Shown here: positions 1-11,189 of the stretch, in pieces
Layout: each line of letters starts with the position of its first letter
Position numbering within the stretch: the stretch's first letter is position 1
NCBI RefSeq assembly: GCF_964355755.1
Contig: NC_092677.1
Coordinates: forward strand, 19,490,101 to 19,554,100
Source of the DNA: Antedon mediterranea
Taxonomy: Eukaryota; Animalia; Echinodermata
DNA length: 64,000 nucleotides
Direction: 5' to 3'
The notes under the pieces: generated by a model
Database searches by the model: none
What the model was told of the DNA's origin: nothing
What the model saw: only the letters and a program-made list of their open reading frames with translations
Translations under genes and position numbers: made by a program

Positions 1-232
1 TTATATATAATAGGCTATGATGAGAGGTAAACAGACGGTCAGATATTAGTGACTTAATGAACTGTTTATTATTCATGAGTGAAGAGTGTTATTCAGCCTC
101 CGTGAACGTGTACAGTATTCAATGGAGCAAATTTTGCATCGATTTCCCTCCGATTCCGAGAAAATTATGTTCTCGCCGTGTGAATAGACTTGTTTCTGAA
201 TTCACTGCTGCTGTGTGAATAATATGGTTCAG

Positions 233-1165
233 TATGGAACGCCGTTACTGCCTTCTTCGGCTCTTTTACCATTCGGCCCTTTACCATTTGGCTCTTTCAC
301 CATTTTATCTTTTACCATTACGTTCGGCACTTTTACCATTACGTTCGGCACTTTTACCATTTCATATGGCTCTTACCATTTCATACGGCTCTTTCATCAT
401 TTCATACGGCTTTTTCATCATTTTCATACTGCTCTTTTATCGTTTGGTGCTTTTCTATTCGGCCCCTTTACCATTACGTTCGGTGCTTTCATCATTCAGT
501 GCTTTTACCTTTCGGCCCTTTTCACGTTTCAACAAATATGACCCTTGACATCGGGTAAAATGAGAAAATGTGACTGCTGTATGGAGCCTAGTCCAACTTG
601 CTCAAACTTGCCCAAGTACACGCGCGGCACATCAAGTCCTAAGGCAGGAGGTTGTTTTCGTCCCAACACCACCAATAGGTGAAAAATTGTTCAACCAATC
701 AAAACTTTTTCGATTCGTGTGAATATATTCTATATTTTATACACTGTTTCTATATACCCAGTTTAGGGTGTCACGAAACCTAAGACCACGAAAGCTAAGA
801 CCCCCTAAGACCTAAGATCACGAAAGCTAAGACCCAAGACCTAAGATTACAAATATTTCGTGACACCCACCTAGTTTAGACCTATATCGCGTATTTTTCA
901 CCTATTGGAAACGACCTGCCTCGGACTCAATGTGCCGCGCGTGTACTTGGGCAAGTTTGAGCAAGTTAGACTAGGCACATTTTCTCATTTACCCGGTGTC
1001 ATATTTGTTGAGACGTGAAAAGGGCCGAAAAGTAAAAGCACTGAAAGATTTTTATTTTTATTTTTTGAACGTAATGGTGAAAGAGCCGTATAAAATGGTG
1101 AAAGAGCCAAATGGTAAAGGGCGGAATGGTAAAAGAGCCAAAGAAGGCAATAACGGCGTTCCATA
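233..1165. mobile_element. Foldback-type non-autonomous DNA transposon (MULE-like) just upstream of HEATR3
   Basis: Ends TATGGAACGCCGTTA...TAACGGCGTTCCATA. The long arms are built of ~20-bp GGCYCTTTYACCATT subrepeats. GTTCAG is repeated on both flanks (227-232 and 1166-1171). Confidence 0.85.
766..868. mobile_element. 103-bp MULE-like MITE nested in the foldback element
   Basis: 13-bp TIR GGGTGTCACGAAA/TTTCGTGACACCC, internal CTAAGAC repeats, 10-bp TSD ACCCAGTTTA/ACCTAGTTTA (1 mismatch). Confidence 0.8.
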
Positions 1166-1337
1166 GTTCAGGTAGTAACAAAACATGTGCGTTTGTGTGA
1201 GGGAGAGAACGAGTATTGTTGAGTACCGTTGAGTCACAGTACTGTACAACAATTATTGCTTTTAATTTGAAAAATAAATGTACTTAATAAGGTAAATGAA
1301 GTGCCAATGATCTGTTATGTAGTAATTGACGGCGACG

Positions 1338-1490
1338 ATGGGCAAGAGTAAGAGAAACAAGAGATTTAGAGCGAAAAAATCCAGGCCCACTGGATTACCA
1401 AGCGTGAAAGAAATGGAGGAGCTCGGTGAAACGGAAGATTTGTCAGCTGGTGGTGATCTGCAACAAACAGTGTTTGGCCTTATGGAAAAG
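1338..1490 (+). CDS. HEATR3: HEATR3 (Syo1/symportin-1 orthologue) coding exon 1
   Basis: Encodes MGKSKRNKRFRAKKSRPTGLPSVKEMEELGETEDLSAGGDLQQTVFGLMEK, with the basic MGKS...RPTG N-terminus typical of HEATR3. Donor AAG|GTTGGC; 153 nt, phase 0. Confidence 0.9.
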
Positions 1491-3091
1491 GTTGGCTCAT
1501 TTAACTATTATTGTTTGTACCACTGATTCACGTTTTTATCGGATAGTTGGCGCTAATGAAGTTTCGTACCCACCCCTTAAAATTACTCAAAATCTTCATC
1601 CAACCTACTCACTAGGGCCAGGCCTAACTAGGCCTAGGGCCTAGTAGGCCTAGGCTAGGCCTAGGCCTAGTTGTCTACAAATCGATAATTTATAAATAAC
1701 TATTTTTAATCAATTAATATTGAGCAACCTTCATAAACCCATCGCCAGCTTAGCTTTGTAAAAATCATGGATCAACTGCCGTTTTGGCTCCGGAGTTTTC
1801 TTTAGGGTTATTCCATTATTAAAGTGGGGGTGTGTTGTTATGAATATTGTGTGCAGGTACGTCAATAGAAATGACATTGAGAGCCCTCTTCTGTCAGTTG
1901 ACTGGTTGCCGGTCTACCGCCTTGTAATTGACTTAATCATGATCGAATTCCAACAACTTAAGAATAATACAAAATGTTTACATAATTATATAACAATGTA
2001 GATCTATCTAATAATTTTTTTTTTTTTTTTGCAGATAAAGGAGGATCATCAATAAAATAAAATGATAAAAATTCCAGGCATTTAATATACGGTTTACTGA
2101 TAAAATATAATGTACCAATGAAATAAACCTGGTGTTCTGAAACATATTTTAATAACTTTTGTCGGCCTAGCGCCTATGTGTATCTAAATCTATCTAAATA
2201 ATTAAGTTAGTACAGTATTAACAAATAAAGGGTTAGGGTTATGTATAATAAAACGATAGAAATGAGGCATTATCTAATAATGTTTTTATTGATTTTTTTT
2301 TCAAATTTTTATAGTTTTAAAATTCAAGTACCCGTTATAGCGTTATGTATCCTGTAAATGCTAACCTAAAAACGTTATCTGAATGTTTCTTTTTACGTTA
2401 TAGAAATATAATAAAATAACGGTTATTAGTGAACCTAAACATTAACCAAACACTAACGTTAGAAAACCACTATGTGATTGCTGGACTGCCACAATGGAAC
2501 AATAGACCTAGGTATGTTAAACAAAGAAATCACGTCAAAGCAGGGTGGAGACGGAATTTTAAGACAAAGGCGTTCTATACAAATGCAAATCTGGTGGTGG
2601 AATACAACATGATCAATGCTGACAGAAATTCACGTAAACTCTGCAGTAAAAAAAATGTAGAAACATTATTTGCGTATTAAATCACTATATAAAATGTTCA
2701 GCTTGTTTAATTAATATACTGTACAATAATAACCGTACTATGATTTTCTTTTTTAACCTGTTTTGAACGTCTCTTTTATCTACTACAAGGAATAATTTCG
2801 CCAGTGTGGCATAGCAAAAAGCTATACAAAACAACCTTATTGCTACACATTTCGAAAATTGTGTAGCAAAAAATACAATACAAAACTATGTTTCTCGACT
2901 AAATCAGTTTGATTAGCAATTTTGCTAAAATTTTGAAATGAAATTTTTCACAGTATCACAGACTCCCACTTGTAATTTTAATGCTAGTCGATATATGATT
3001 TCTATACTGTACTTACTGTTTATTACAGCTCATACATAGTTGCTATTCTCTTGAGGCTCAAGACGACCAAATAGACAGTTTGATATCCAAT

Positions 3092-3832
3092 AACTAGAAT
3101 TTAATTCGTCACTTTGACGAATTATAGGTGATCATTTTTATCATTTTATTGACATTCATATTTTTTAAACATGCACCTACGTTAACATACAATCGGAAAA
3201 TGTTGATGTATGCCATCCTATTATACGCTTATAGTGCTGAGTTGTGCCTATTATATGCCATATACAATATGTACAGTATATACTGTACCGTGTATATCTA
3301 TATACAGTGTAGCATAGGTGAAATTACGGGACCCACATCATGTTCTAATTTTTTGGTATGATGACGTTGTCAAAATAAACTTGAAGATAACAATATCGAA
3401 AGATAATGAATTGAGTAATAAAATATAACAATTGGAAGAAAATTTGGCACGTAGAAGGGCGGTGCGCGCTATTTAAAAATTGTATAACTTTTACGAAAGC
3501 GATGAAAAAAATACTTTTTAACTTCAACTGGCCATACGGTAACGTCACAACATCCAATAGGCTTAATTTTTATATGAATTAATATAAGCTTCACTTGACG
3601 ACGTTACACAAATGTCAAAATGTTAACATAGTTCACAAAATGTTATGTTTGCAAGTTTCAGAGAAAAGCGTTGCACAAAAATCATACAGAAAGAAAGAAG
3701 AGAAATAAAAAGTTGATGTTGATTATGATTTCGTACAATCACAAGAGGTTATCAGCAACCTCGTTGCGGATAACCAATAAAGATTTGATACAATAACAAT
3801 AGGTGATCATTTTATTCTAAATGATCACCTAA
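3092..3832 (-). mobile_element. Helentron-associated non-autonomous element (HINE/DINE-1-like) nested in the Merlin-like element
   Basis: On the minus strand: TT, sub-TIR AGGTGATCA with an adjacent inverted copy, a 3' sub-TIR TGATCACCT, stem-loop AATTCGTCA-AAG-TGACGAATT, end CTAG-TT. No TSD. Confidence 0.75.
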
Positions 3833-4494
3833 TTATGAATATTAAATTCCTGCTTCCAGAAGACGTCACACTTGGGTTTAATCAGACCTTAAAAAACCTA
3901 GTATTTGATTTTCTTTACCAAAATGATTATATATTGTACCGTTACTACTGTATTATTCCAACACGTAATTGCTATTCTCTCTCTCTCTCTTTTATTTCTA
4001 GGCGTTTTTTAAAGATAAATCAGTCCTTAAAAACCTACCTATTTTGGTTTGAAATAATCATAACCTATTGTACCGTTATGTTGATTTGTTAAACAGTACA
4101 GTACATACAATTTCATTAAATTCAATCTTCAATTTGAATGAAAAAGCTAAATTTTGAGTTTAAAAAAAAATGGTTGGGAAGAATAAATATTAATAAAATA
4201 TATGTAATCAGGTTAAGAAACAAAAACCGCTGTAGCATAGTTTTACTTTTTTTTTATCGCTGCACAAAGGTGTCTCATTGAAGCTTACAATATTACATAA
4301 TAAAGCATAACAATATCACTCATGCCGACATGGAGCTATGTATACAAACTAAAATATGGCACATGTTATAAACCAAGATCAGTTGTCTTCAAATCACTCA
4401 TTTTTCGAAAAAATTTCAACTATATTATAGGCCTACAACTCCGATATTTTACTGCGTTCTCGATTTGATTTTACTGCGATTTAAACCAAGGACC

Positions 4495-4630
4495 ATGCTG
4501 CCGAAGATAGGACCACATTTGTTTAATGGATTTGATGACTACCTGGACTTTTTCCAACGAAGGGGTTTTTATCCAACTGCCAAGGATTGCTCGTACTGTA
4601 ATGTACCAATGTACATGTCTACTCGTAACC
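4495..4630 (+). pseudogene. Remnant first exon of a Merlin-type transposase (zinc ribbon)
   Basis: ACCATG start; encodes MLPKIGPHLFNGFDDYLDFFQRRGFYPTAKDCSYCNVPMYMSTRN; ends at a perfect GTAAGT donor. Resembles the F-Q-x-x-G...CxxC-x-x-x-M N-terminus of Merlin/IS1595 transposases. No DDE exon seen. Confidence 0.55.
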
Positions 4631-5989
4631 GTAAGTGTTCTCATCATTAATTATTATAATTACATTTAAAAAACGTAATTTAAATATTTATAACCTGTAC
4701 CATTATAATGTATACTTATGTCTTTATTATAACCTGCATTTTATGTGCAATTATTTAGTAATTTTATGTACCATTTATTAAGTTACTGTAATGTAAGTTA
4801 AGTAATTAATTAATTGTAAGTAAATAATGATGTAATTTAATAAAAAATATTTATATTATTCAAATGAATTTCTAAATAAAAGTACATTGTCAATTTAATT
4901 TTGTTGTTGTTATGTTTGGTTTATTTTTGGCTATCCTATGTATTATGATAATTTTGCTATTCTATGTATTAGAATATTTATATATAACAGCATATCAAAA
5001 TCTTTTAATAAAGAAACTAAACAAAATTTGTAAAAAGTATACATGAATGATTTGCATTTGTATAGAACGCCTTTGTCTTAAAATTCCGTCTCCACCCTGC
5101 TTTGACGCGATTTCTTTGTTTAACATACCTAGGTCTATTGTTCCATTGTGGCAGTCCAGCAAACACATAGTGGTTTTCTAATGTTAGTGTTTGGTTAATG
5201 TTTAGGTTCACTATAACCGTTATTTTATTACATTTCTATAACGTAAAAAGAAACATTCAGATAACGTTTTTAGGTTAGCATTTACAGGATACATAACGCT
5301 ATAAAAACGGTACTTGAATTTTAAAACCATAAAAATCAGAAAAAAAAATCAATAAAAACATTATTAGATAATGCCTCATTTCTATCATTTTATTATACAT
5401 AACCCTAACCCTTTATTTGTTAATACTGTACTAACTTAATTATTTAGATAGATTTAGATACACAAAGGCGCTAGGCCGGCAAAAGTTATTAAAATATGTT
5501 TCAGAACACAAGGTTTATTTCATTGGTACATTATATTTTATCAGTAAACCGTATATTAAATGCCTGGAATTTTTATCATTTTATTTTATTGATGATCCTC
5601 CTTTATCTGCAAAAAAATAAAGACATTATTAGATAGATCTACATTGTTATATGTAAACATTTTGTATATTCTTAAGTTGTTGGAATTCGATCATGATTAA
5701 GTCAATTACAAGGCGGTAGACCGGGAACCAGTCAACTGACAGAAGAGGGCTCTCAATGTCATTTCTATTGACGTACCTGCACACAATATTCATAACCACA
5801 CACCCCCACTTTAATAATGGAATAACCCTAAAGAAAACTCCGGAGCCAAAACGGCAGTTGATCCAAAATCATTGCTAGGTCTGCTAATAAAAGTTTGATG
5901 GAGGCCTCGCAGGACATAACTCTATAGAGTAAATGGTTGCGCTCTATAAAGTAAAGGGCCTAGGCTAGTTACTAATGTTTAAAGATGTA

Positions 5990-6760
5990 CGCCGTGGCTA
6001 AGATACGGTACCGTATTCTAACTTCTGTTTACTAAAGGTACGGTAAAATTGCATTACGTCATAACCAACCAATGGGGTGCTGGTACGTGTGTGACGTCAT
6101 CGTATAAGGACTTGAGATTTTTTTTCATATCGCGTCTCTGTTGTTTTGTGTAGAGAATTCCTATCGGCGGCGCCAGGCTGCGTGGGGGTGTGTGCGCTGC
6201 AGATGAGGGTTTTATTTTTATTCCAAATGGCCTATTTAGGCCTATATTTTTTATTAAACTTTGTTTACAATGGGGATCATAAACAACAAGCAAATGCGGA
6301 CAATAAAGGGGCCCTCAAATACTATGATTTAGACAGTAGCCCCAGGGCTAACGAGTCACAGAAATCAGCGCAAACATGCAGCTGGCCCCAGCCTGGCATC
6401 GCTTTCCCTACACAAGCAAACTCATATAATGAGGTTATAGTAGGCGTAGTAAGTAGGCCTAGCCTAGGCCTCTTTTGAAACGGTTTTCTGTATTCTAGAA
6501 TTAAAATCAACATGTTTTGGCTTTTCAATAATAATAACAGACGTAGGCTACATTTAGTTTTTGTCACACACGACGGCGATAATAGCGATAAATATAAAGC
6601 ATAAAGAAAATGCGGCTGTTTTCGCGATATGAAAAAAATCCACAAAGTCCTTATACGATGACGTCACACGTCCCAGCACCCCATTGGCTGGTTATGACGT
6701 AATGCAATTTTACCGTATCTTTAGAAGTTAGAATACGGTACCGTATCTTTAGCCACGGCG
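5990..6760. mobile_element. MULE-like MITE inserted in the Kolobok TIR
   Basis: TIRs CGCCGTGGCTAA.../...TTAGCCACGGCG of roughly 140 bp; exact 9-bp TSD AAAGATGTA (5981-5989, 6761-6769). Confidence 0.88.
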
Positions 6761-7429
6761 AAAGATGTATTGTCCCTTGAAACACAAAAAAATGAAGGTA
6801 AAAATATTCTAAATTTAAATTGGCCATATCAAAGTAATATTAAAGTTAATGACTTTAAGTCGAAAATTTGAGTCAAAAACAACAAGTTTACGTAATTAAC
6901 AGGTTTTCGTCTGGAAAATCGTCATGAGCGAGAGTAAACAAAGATTTCAAACCACGAGTATGCATTATGCATAATCCTAATTAGGATTGTTTACAACTCG
7001 TCACGATTGAGAAGGTGTTTTCACACAGATCGCGAGGAAGTTTTATGATTATGCATACAGAGTAGAGTTTTGATCGAAAACTTTGACTGGATGGAAGTCA
7101 AAGTTATTTTTTGAACAAAAAAACGTCTGTATTTCAGTTAAATTATTATTTTTTCTACTAATTTTTAGTGAAAGTTAAAGCCCCCTTCCCTACGTTTTTT
7201 AGATCTAATTTAAGATCACAAACTATATTTAAATTTAATGTCAAAATAATACTATATGGTCCTATTGCGATAACTTTTTTCGTCTTTAAACGGTTAAAAA
7301 TGTGAAAAGTAAGTCGATTCTAATAATTATAGCGGCCCGCTATAAATCCCAAAATGCATTGCGCGCGGATTGATATTTTTGTTTTTCACCTGTAATTCGC
7401 CCACTTTTCGATCGATCGTGAGGCCAAAA

Positions 7430-8678
7430 CAGGGATGTCACCAGCTTTTTGGAGTGCCGGTCGCCAAATTTACCCCCGGGGTTTGTCGTTATTTTAGCGA
7501 AACATAAAGAATTATGAAAATAAATAACAACAAATTGCGTCAGGTCTAGGCCTACCCTTGTACCACCGGGGAGTCGCCGTTATTATTCGCGAAAACAAAA
7601 AAAACGCTTACAAAATGAATAGCAATAGATCGCGTCAGGCCTAGGGCTAGCCTTGTGGACACTACGACCACTAGGCCTAGCTAAGACTTAGATAGATGCC
7701 CCAAAATCTGAATTCCACAAAAACAGGCGCTTCCTTATTTAGGCCTAACCCCTAATCAAATACTGTAGATAAATTATTAGCCTAGACCTTACTACTTGTT
7801 GCTCGATATAATATGTTTGTGTTCTTTCGCGAATTCCGGATTTGTTGTTTCACAACTGTGCGGCAAGCATGTAGTGCATGGCCGGCAAGAACAGACACGT
7901 GTTTATGGGTTAACTGAAGTTCAGCAACCTGAAGTTATCCAGGGACGTCCAGTCCAGTAAGTTTTATAGCAGTTAGCAGGGGAAGTCCCCTGCCGCTGCG
8001 CGCGTGGTTGTTGTTGTTGTCTTTGTGCCGTACGTATTTGTTTGTCTTTCTTTAGTGTTAATGTATTCAGTGTTTTTAGAGTAAAATAATAATAATAAAT
8101 AAAAAACAGTTTATATTTTCATTTGTCTGCTTTATTTTTACTTCATTCTACAGTAAATCGATCTCATTTTACTGGCACTTTTAACATATATAATATTCAC
8201 AAAATAAGAAACATGGCATAACATAATAATTCGGTGGCATAAGAAAGTACTGCGTACTTGTTGTATTTTTAATCTGTGCAAAATAAAACGCTTGAATGGT
8301 CGCTATGTGAACTTTAAACTTGTACACTGTGCTGTGTAGCACGTTGTTCGCCATGACTCACAAGCTGTAACAATGAATACCAGGGCAGGGTAGGCCTGGT
8401 ATTGTGTTACAAATAAACATGGAGGTATAAATAGAAATAAAGTAACGTACGTAACCACGGAAACATTTGCTGTAGTCTTTTGTCTTATCTATATGAGGCT
8501 AGCTTGTCTGTAATTAACGATGTGCTAGGTAAAATGTTTCAGTACGAATTTTAGTAAGGCCTAGGCCTAATATAAATATCGTAATGATTAATAAATAATA
8601 GTGGTGGTCGGCAGCCTGTAAATCCTGGTCGGAAATTTTGAGTGCTGGACGGGGCCGACCAGCGTGGTGACATCCCTG
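7430..8678. mobile_element. hAT-like non-autonomous element (6-bp TSD reading)
   Basis: 14-bp TIR CAGGGATGTCACCA/TGGTGACATCCCTG. TSD is CCAAAA, or 8-bp GCCAAAAC if the ends are trimmed by one base. Confidence 0.78.
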
Positions 8679-9834
8679 CCAAAACAAATGGAAGACTCCT
8701 AACTTTTCAGCGAAAATACCGGGTTTTCCCCAATTTGTATCAACGGAGTCTGGCAAAAATAGAAAGACAATTAATGCAGCAACTATACAACGTCAGGCTA
8801 GGTATATAGCTAGCGTAAGATGTTCGTACGTTACCGATGTTTACCAGCTAGGCCTACAAAACTAAGCCTAGCTAGGCTAGGCCTAAGACCGTCCACGAGA
8901 GGTCGATCACCGCGAGCTACTTGGGTAGTGCATTGTTTCTCACTTTTTATCATAATTTACCATAAAACGTACATTTAAGACAAGGAATGACATGGTTTAA
9001 TGTTTTTAAAGTGATATATATGTATTATTTTCCAAAAAACGTCCAAAATTGCAGGGAAGGGGTCTTTAATAACTATTTTGATACTTCAAAATGACCCACT
9101 TTTTTTCGAAATCTTTCATTTTTTATTTGTTTTGAATTAGTCAAAGGGACAATACATCTTTAAAGCACGCACTAACTGAATAATAATTTGCATTAGTTTG
9201 ACATGAGTTTCGTATTTTTTAATAAAGAAATAATATTGTTGTATTCATCATTGTGTGTATCATAATGTTATATTTTTAATTTGTTCTTTTGTTTTTTTTT
9301 TAATATTAGAATTTTACACAGGAAATATGATGGGACTGCCAGAGCTCCAAAGTTTCCCGAAATATGTGTGTTTTTCCGATTTTCCCAGATTTTCTATTCA
9401 GATCCCCGCCTACCCGAAAATGGGTTATTATCCCCCGGAAAATGGGTTATTATCCCCCCGAAAATCAGGGCCTAGGCCGGGCCTAGCCTAGAGAATTTCA
9501 TCTAAAATAACTGAAATTAATTTAAACAACATTTTCCCAAAGCAAATGTTATTTCACAATTAATACTCCTGGCACTGTTTATAATGACACCCAGTATTTA
9601 AACAAAAGCATTTATTAGGGCTTTCTTTCACGAATTAACAGCCATCCATCAACTGCCAAGCCAATCACACATGTGACACTAGCTGGGTTCACATTCAGAA
9701 ATTATTGTGAGTTTCTTTATCATGATGTTCTATATGAACCTGCAGGAAGGATCTTGTTTTATCAAGTTAATTCTCACGTTAATTATCATGATTTTACGAA
9801 GTTATCAATGATATACTGTATTAGACACCGTTAA

Positions 9835-10446
9835 GGCCAATTTACACAGACGAGCGGTAACGATAAGCGGTAAAGTTGAGCTGAAAAGCAAAACGCAAAA
9901 ATAGAATCTATGTTATTTCTTATGACCATTTATACAGAACGCGGAGCAGTTGAGCGAAACAGATTCGATTTTGTGAAAATACCGCGCGGTAATTGTGGAT
10001 TCTGGCCAATCAACGACTGATGATTGATGTGACGTCATCTATCAACACCTTTTTTTTAGCGTCTGTCGAGTCAAAGACCACAATAAATACGAGTGCCGTA
10101 GTAGACCTAGCCTAGTTTTGCAACTTTTTATTCAGAAATGCAAACAACTACGACGCGACTAATTGTCCGTATAAGGATAGTGAAAAAAAATATACATTTT
10201 AGTACGTTATTAGGCAACAAGTCCCTCTAAAACTCAAAAGGCCTGTGTGTGCTGGGCCTACTGACACATCCAGGCCAGCAGTGACTGTAACATGCATTAG
10301 CCTCAAAGCCCACACGCACGTAGGCCTACTTTTCACCACTCCGTTCACGAACTCTGCGTGCTGTGTAAATGGGAAAAGCCATGCGGTTTTTTGCTTACAA
10401 TTACCGCTTACCGTTACCGCTCGTCTGTGTAAAAAATATACAGCCC
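9835..10446. mobile_element. PIF/Harbinger-like MITE
   Basis: TAA|GGCCAATTTACACAGACGAGCGGTAACG...CGTTACCGCTCGTCTGTGTAAA...GCCC|TTAA; ~40-bp imperfect TIRs. Confidence 0.7.
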
Positions 10447-11189
10447 TTAAAATTAACGCCGGCGTAAACGGCAACGTGAGCCTAGCTAGGCCTGATAATT
10501 ATCTACGCGTCCATCGAAAGGTGGTTCGTAGGGTTAGTAAACACCATTGTCCTCGCCTTTAGAAGCATTGCAATATTGCAAACAAACAATGTATTGTTCG
10601 CTATTTAAAATCCTATCTACGCCCTACGCATCGGTTATCCTAATTTGGCTGGACATTCGCCGACGAGACGACATTGGGCCCCTGGGCCTTCAGTTCACGC
10701 AGAGAGAGTTTTGGCGGCCTACACTACTGTATAACTGTTTAATACTACCTTGGGTTAGCGAATTATTAAAAAAAAGACTAGGCCTAGGCTAGAACACCAA
10801 CAAAATATAGGCAAAATAAATATATATTCTATGTTAAGATTTAAGGTCTGTATTAATTATGGTCTTCTGTCGGCAGTCTTTTTGACTGAACGTTTTTTAC
10901 TATATTTAGAATGAATTGTTGATGATCTTTTTTGTCTGGATCGTTTCTGGATCAACTGGGCGTTCGCTATATATTATTTTTATTAGTTGGCCTAGTTCAT
11001 TGTGTTGGATCGTTTCTCTACGTTCGTTTACATCGTGGGAAATTTATATTCGCCATTGAGTAAGTAAACATGCACGAAGGAAACGATTACGATTAAAAAA
11101 TGTTATATATTTCTTATTATTTTACAACTGGTCCTCCGCCAGTCAAAATTAACACATTAATTACACCTTGTTACTTCACTAAAAACATC

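Larger units (their letters stand above)
1769..5864 (+). mobile_element. Merlin (IS1595/IS1016-like) non-autonomous element with ~820-bp TIRs
   Basis: GG...CC termini and exact 8-bp TSD AAAATCAT (1761-1768, 5865-5872). Arms 1769-2591 and 5049-5864 are near-identical inverted copies. Contains a CxxC zinc-ribbon exon. Confidence 0.8.
5983..9159. mobile_element. Kolobok-type non-autonomous element, copy 1 (hosts a MULE and a hAT-like insertion)
   Basis: TTAA|AGATGTA[MULE]TTGTCCC ... GGGACAATACATCT|TTAA. RR...YY termini with TTAA TSD. Confidence 0.8.

Noticed and set aside
1-230. Possible first exon of a divergent gene
   Set aside because: No recognisable ORF or convincing splice donor within the window.
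215-548. Repetitive ORFs and a CRISPR-like look of ~20-bp repeats
   Set aside because: These are tandem subrepeats of a foldback arm with no unique spacers and no cas genes, in eukaryotic context.
2429-5211. Near-identical ORFs MNLNINQTLTLENH... on opposite strands (2429-2680 +, 5017-5211 -)
   Set aside because: Mirror images from the two TIR arms of the Merlin-like element; GTG starts and no recognisable domain.
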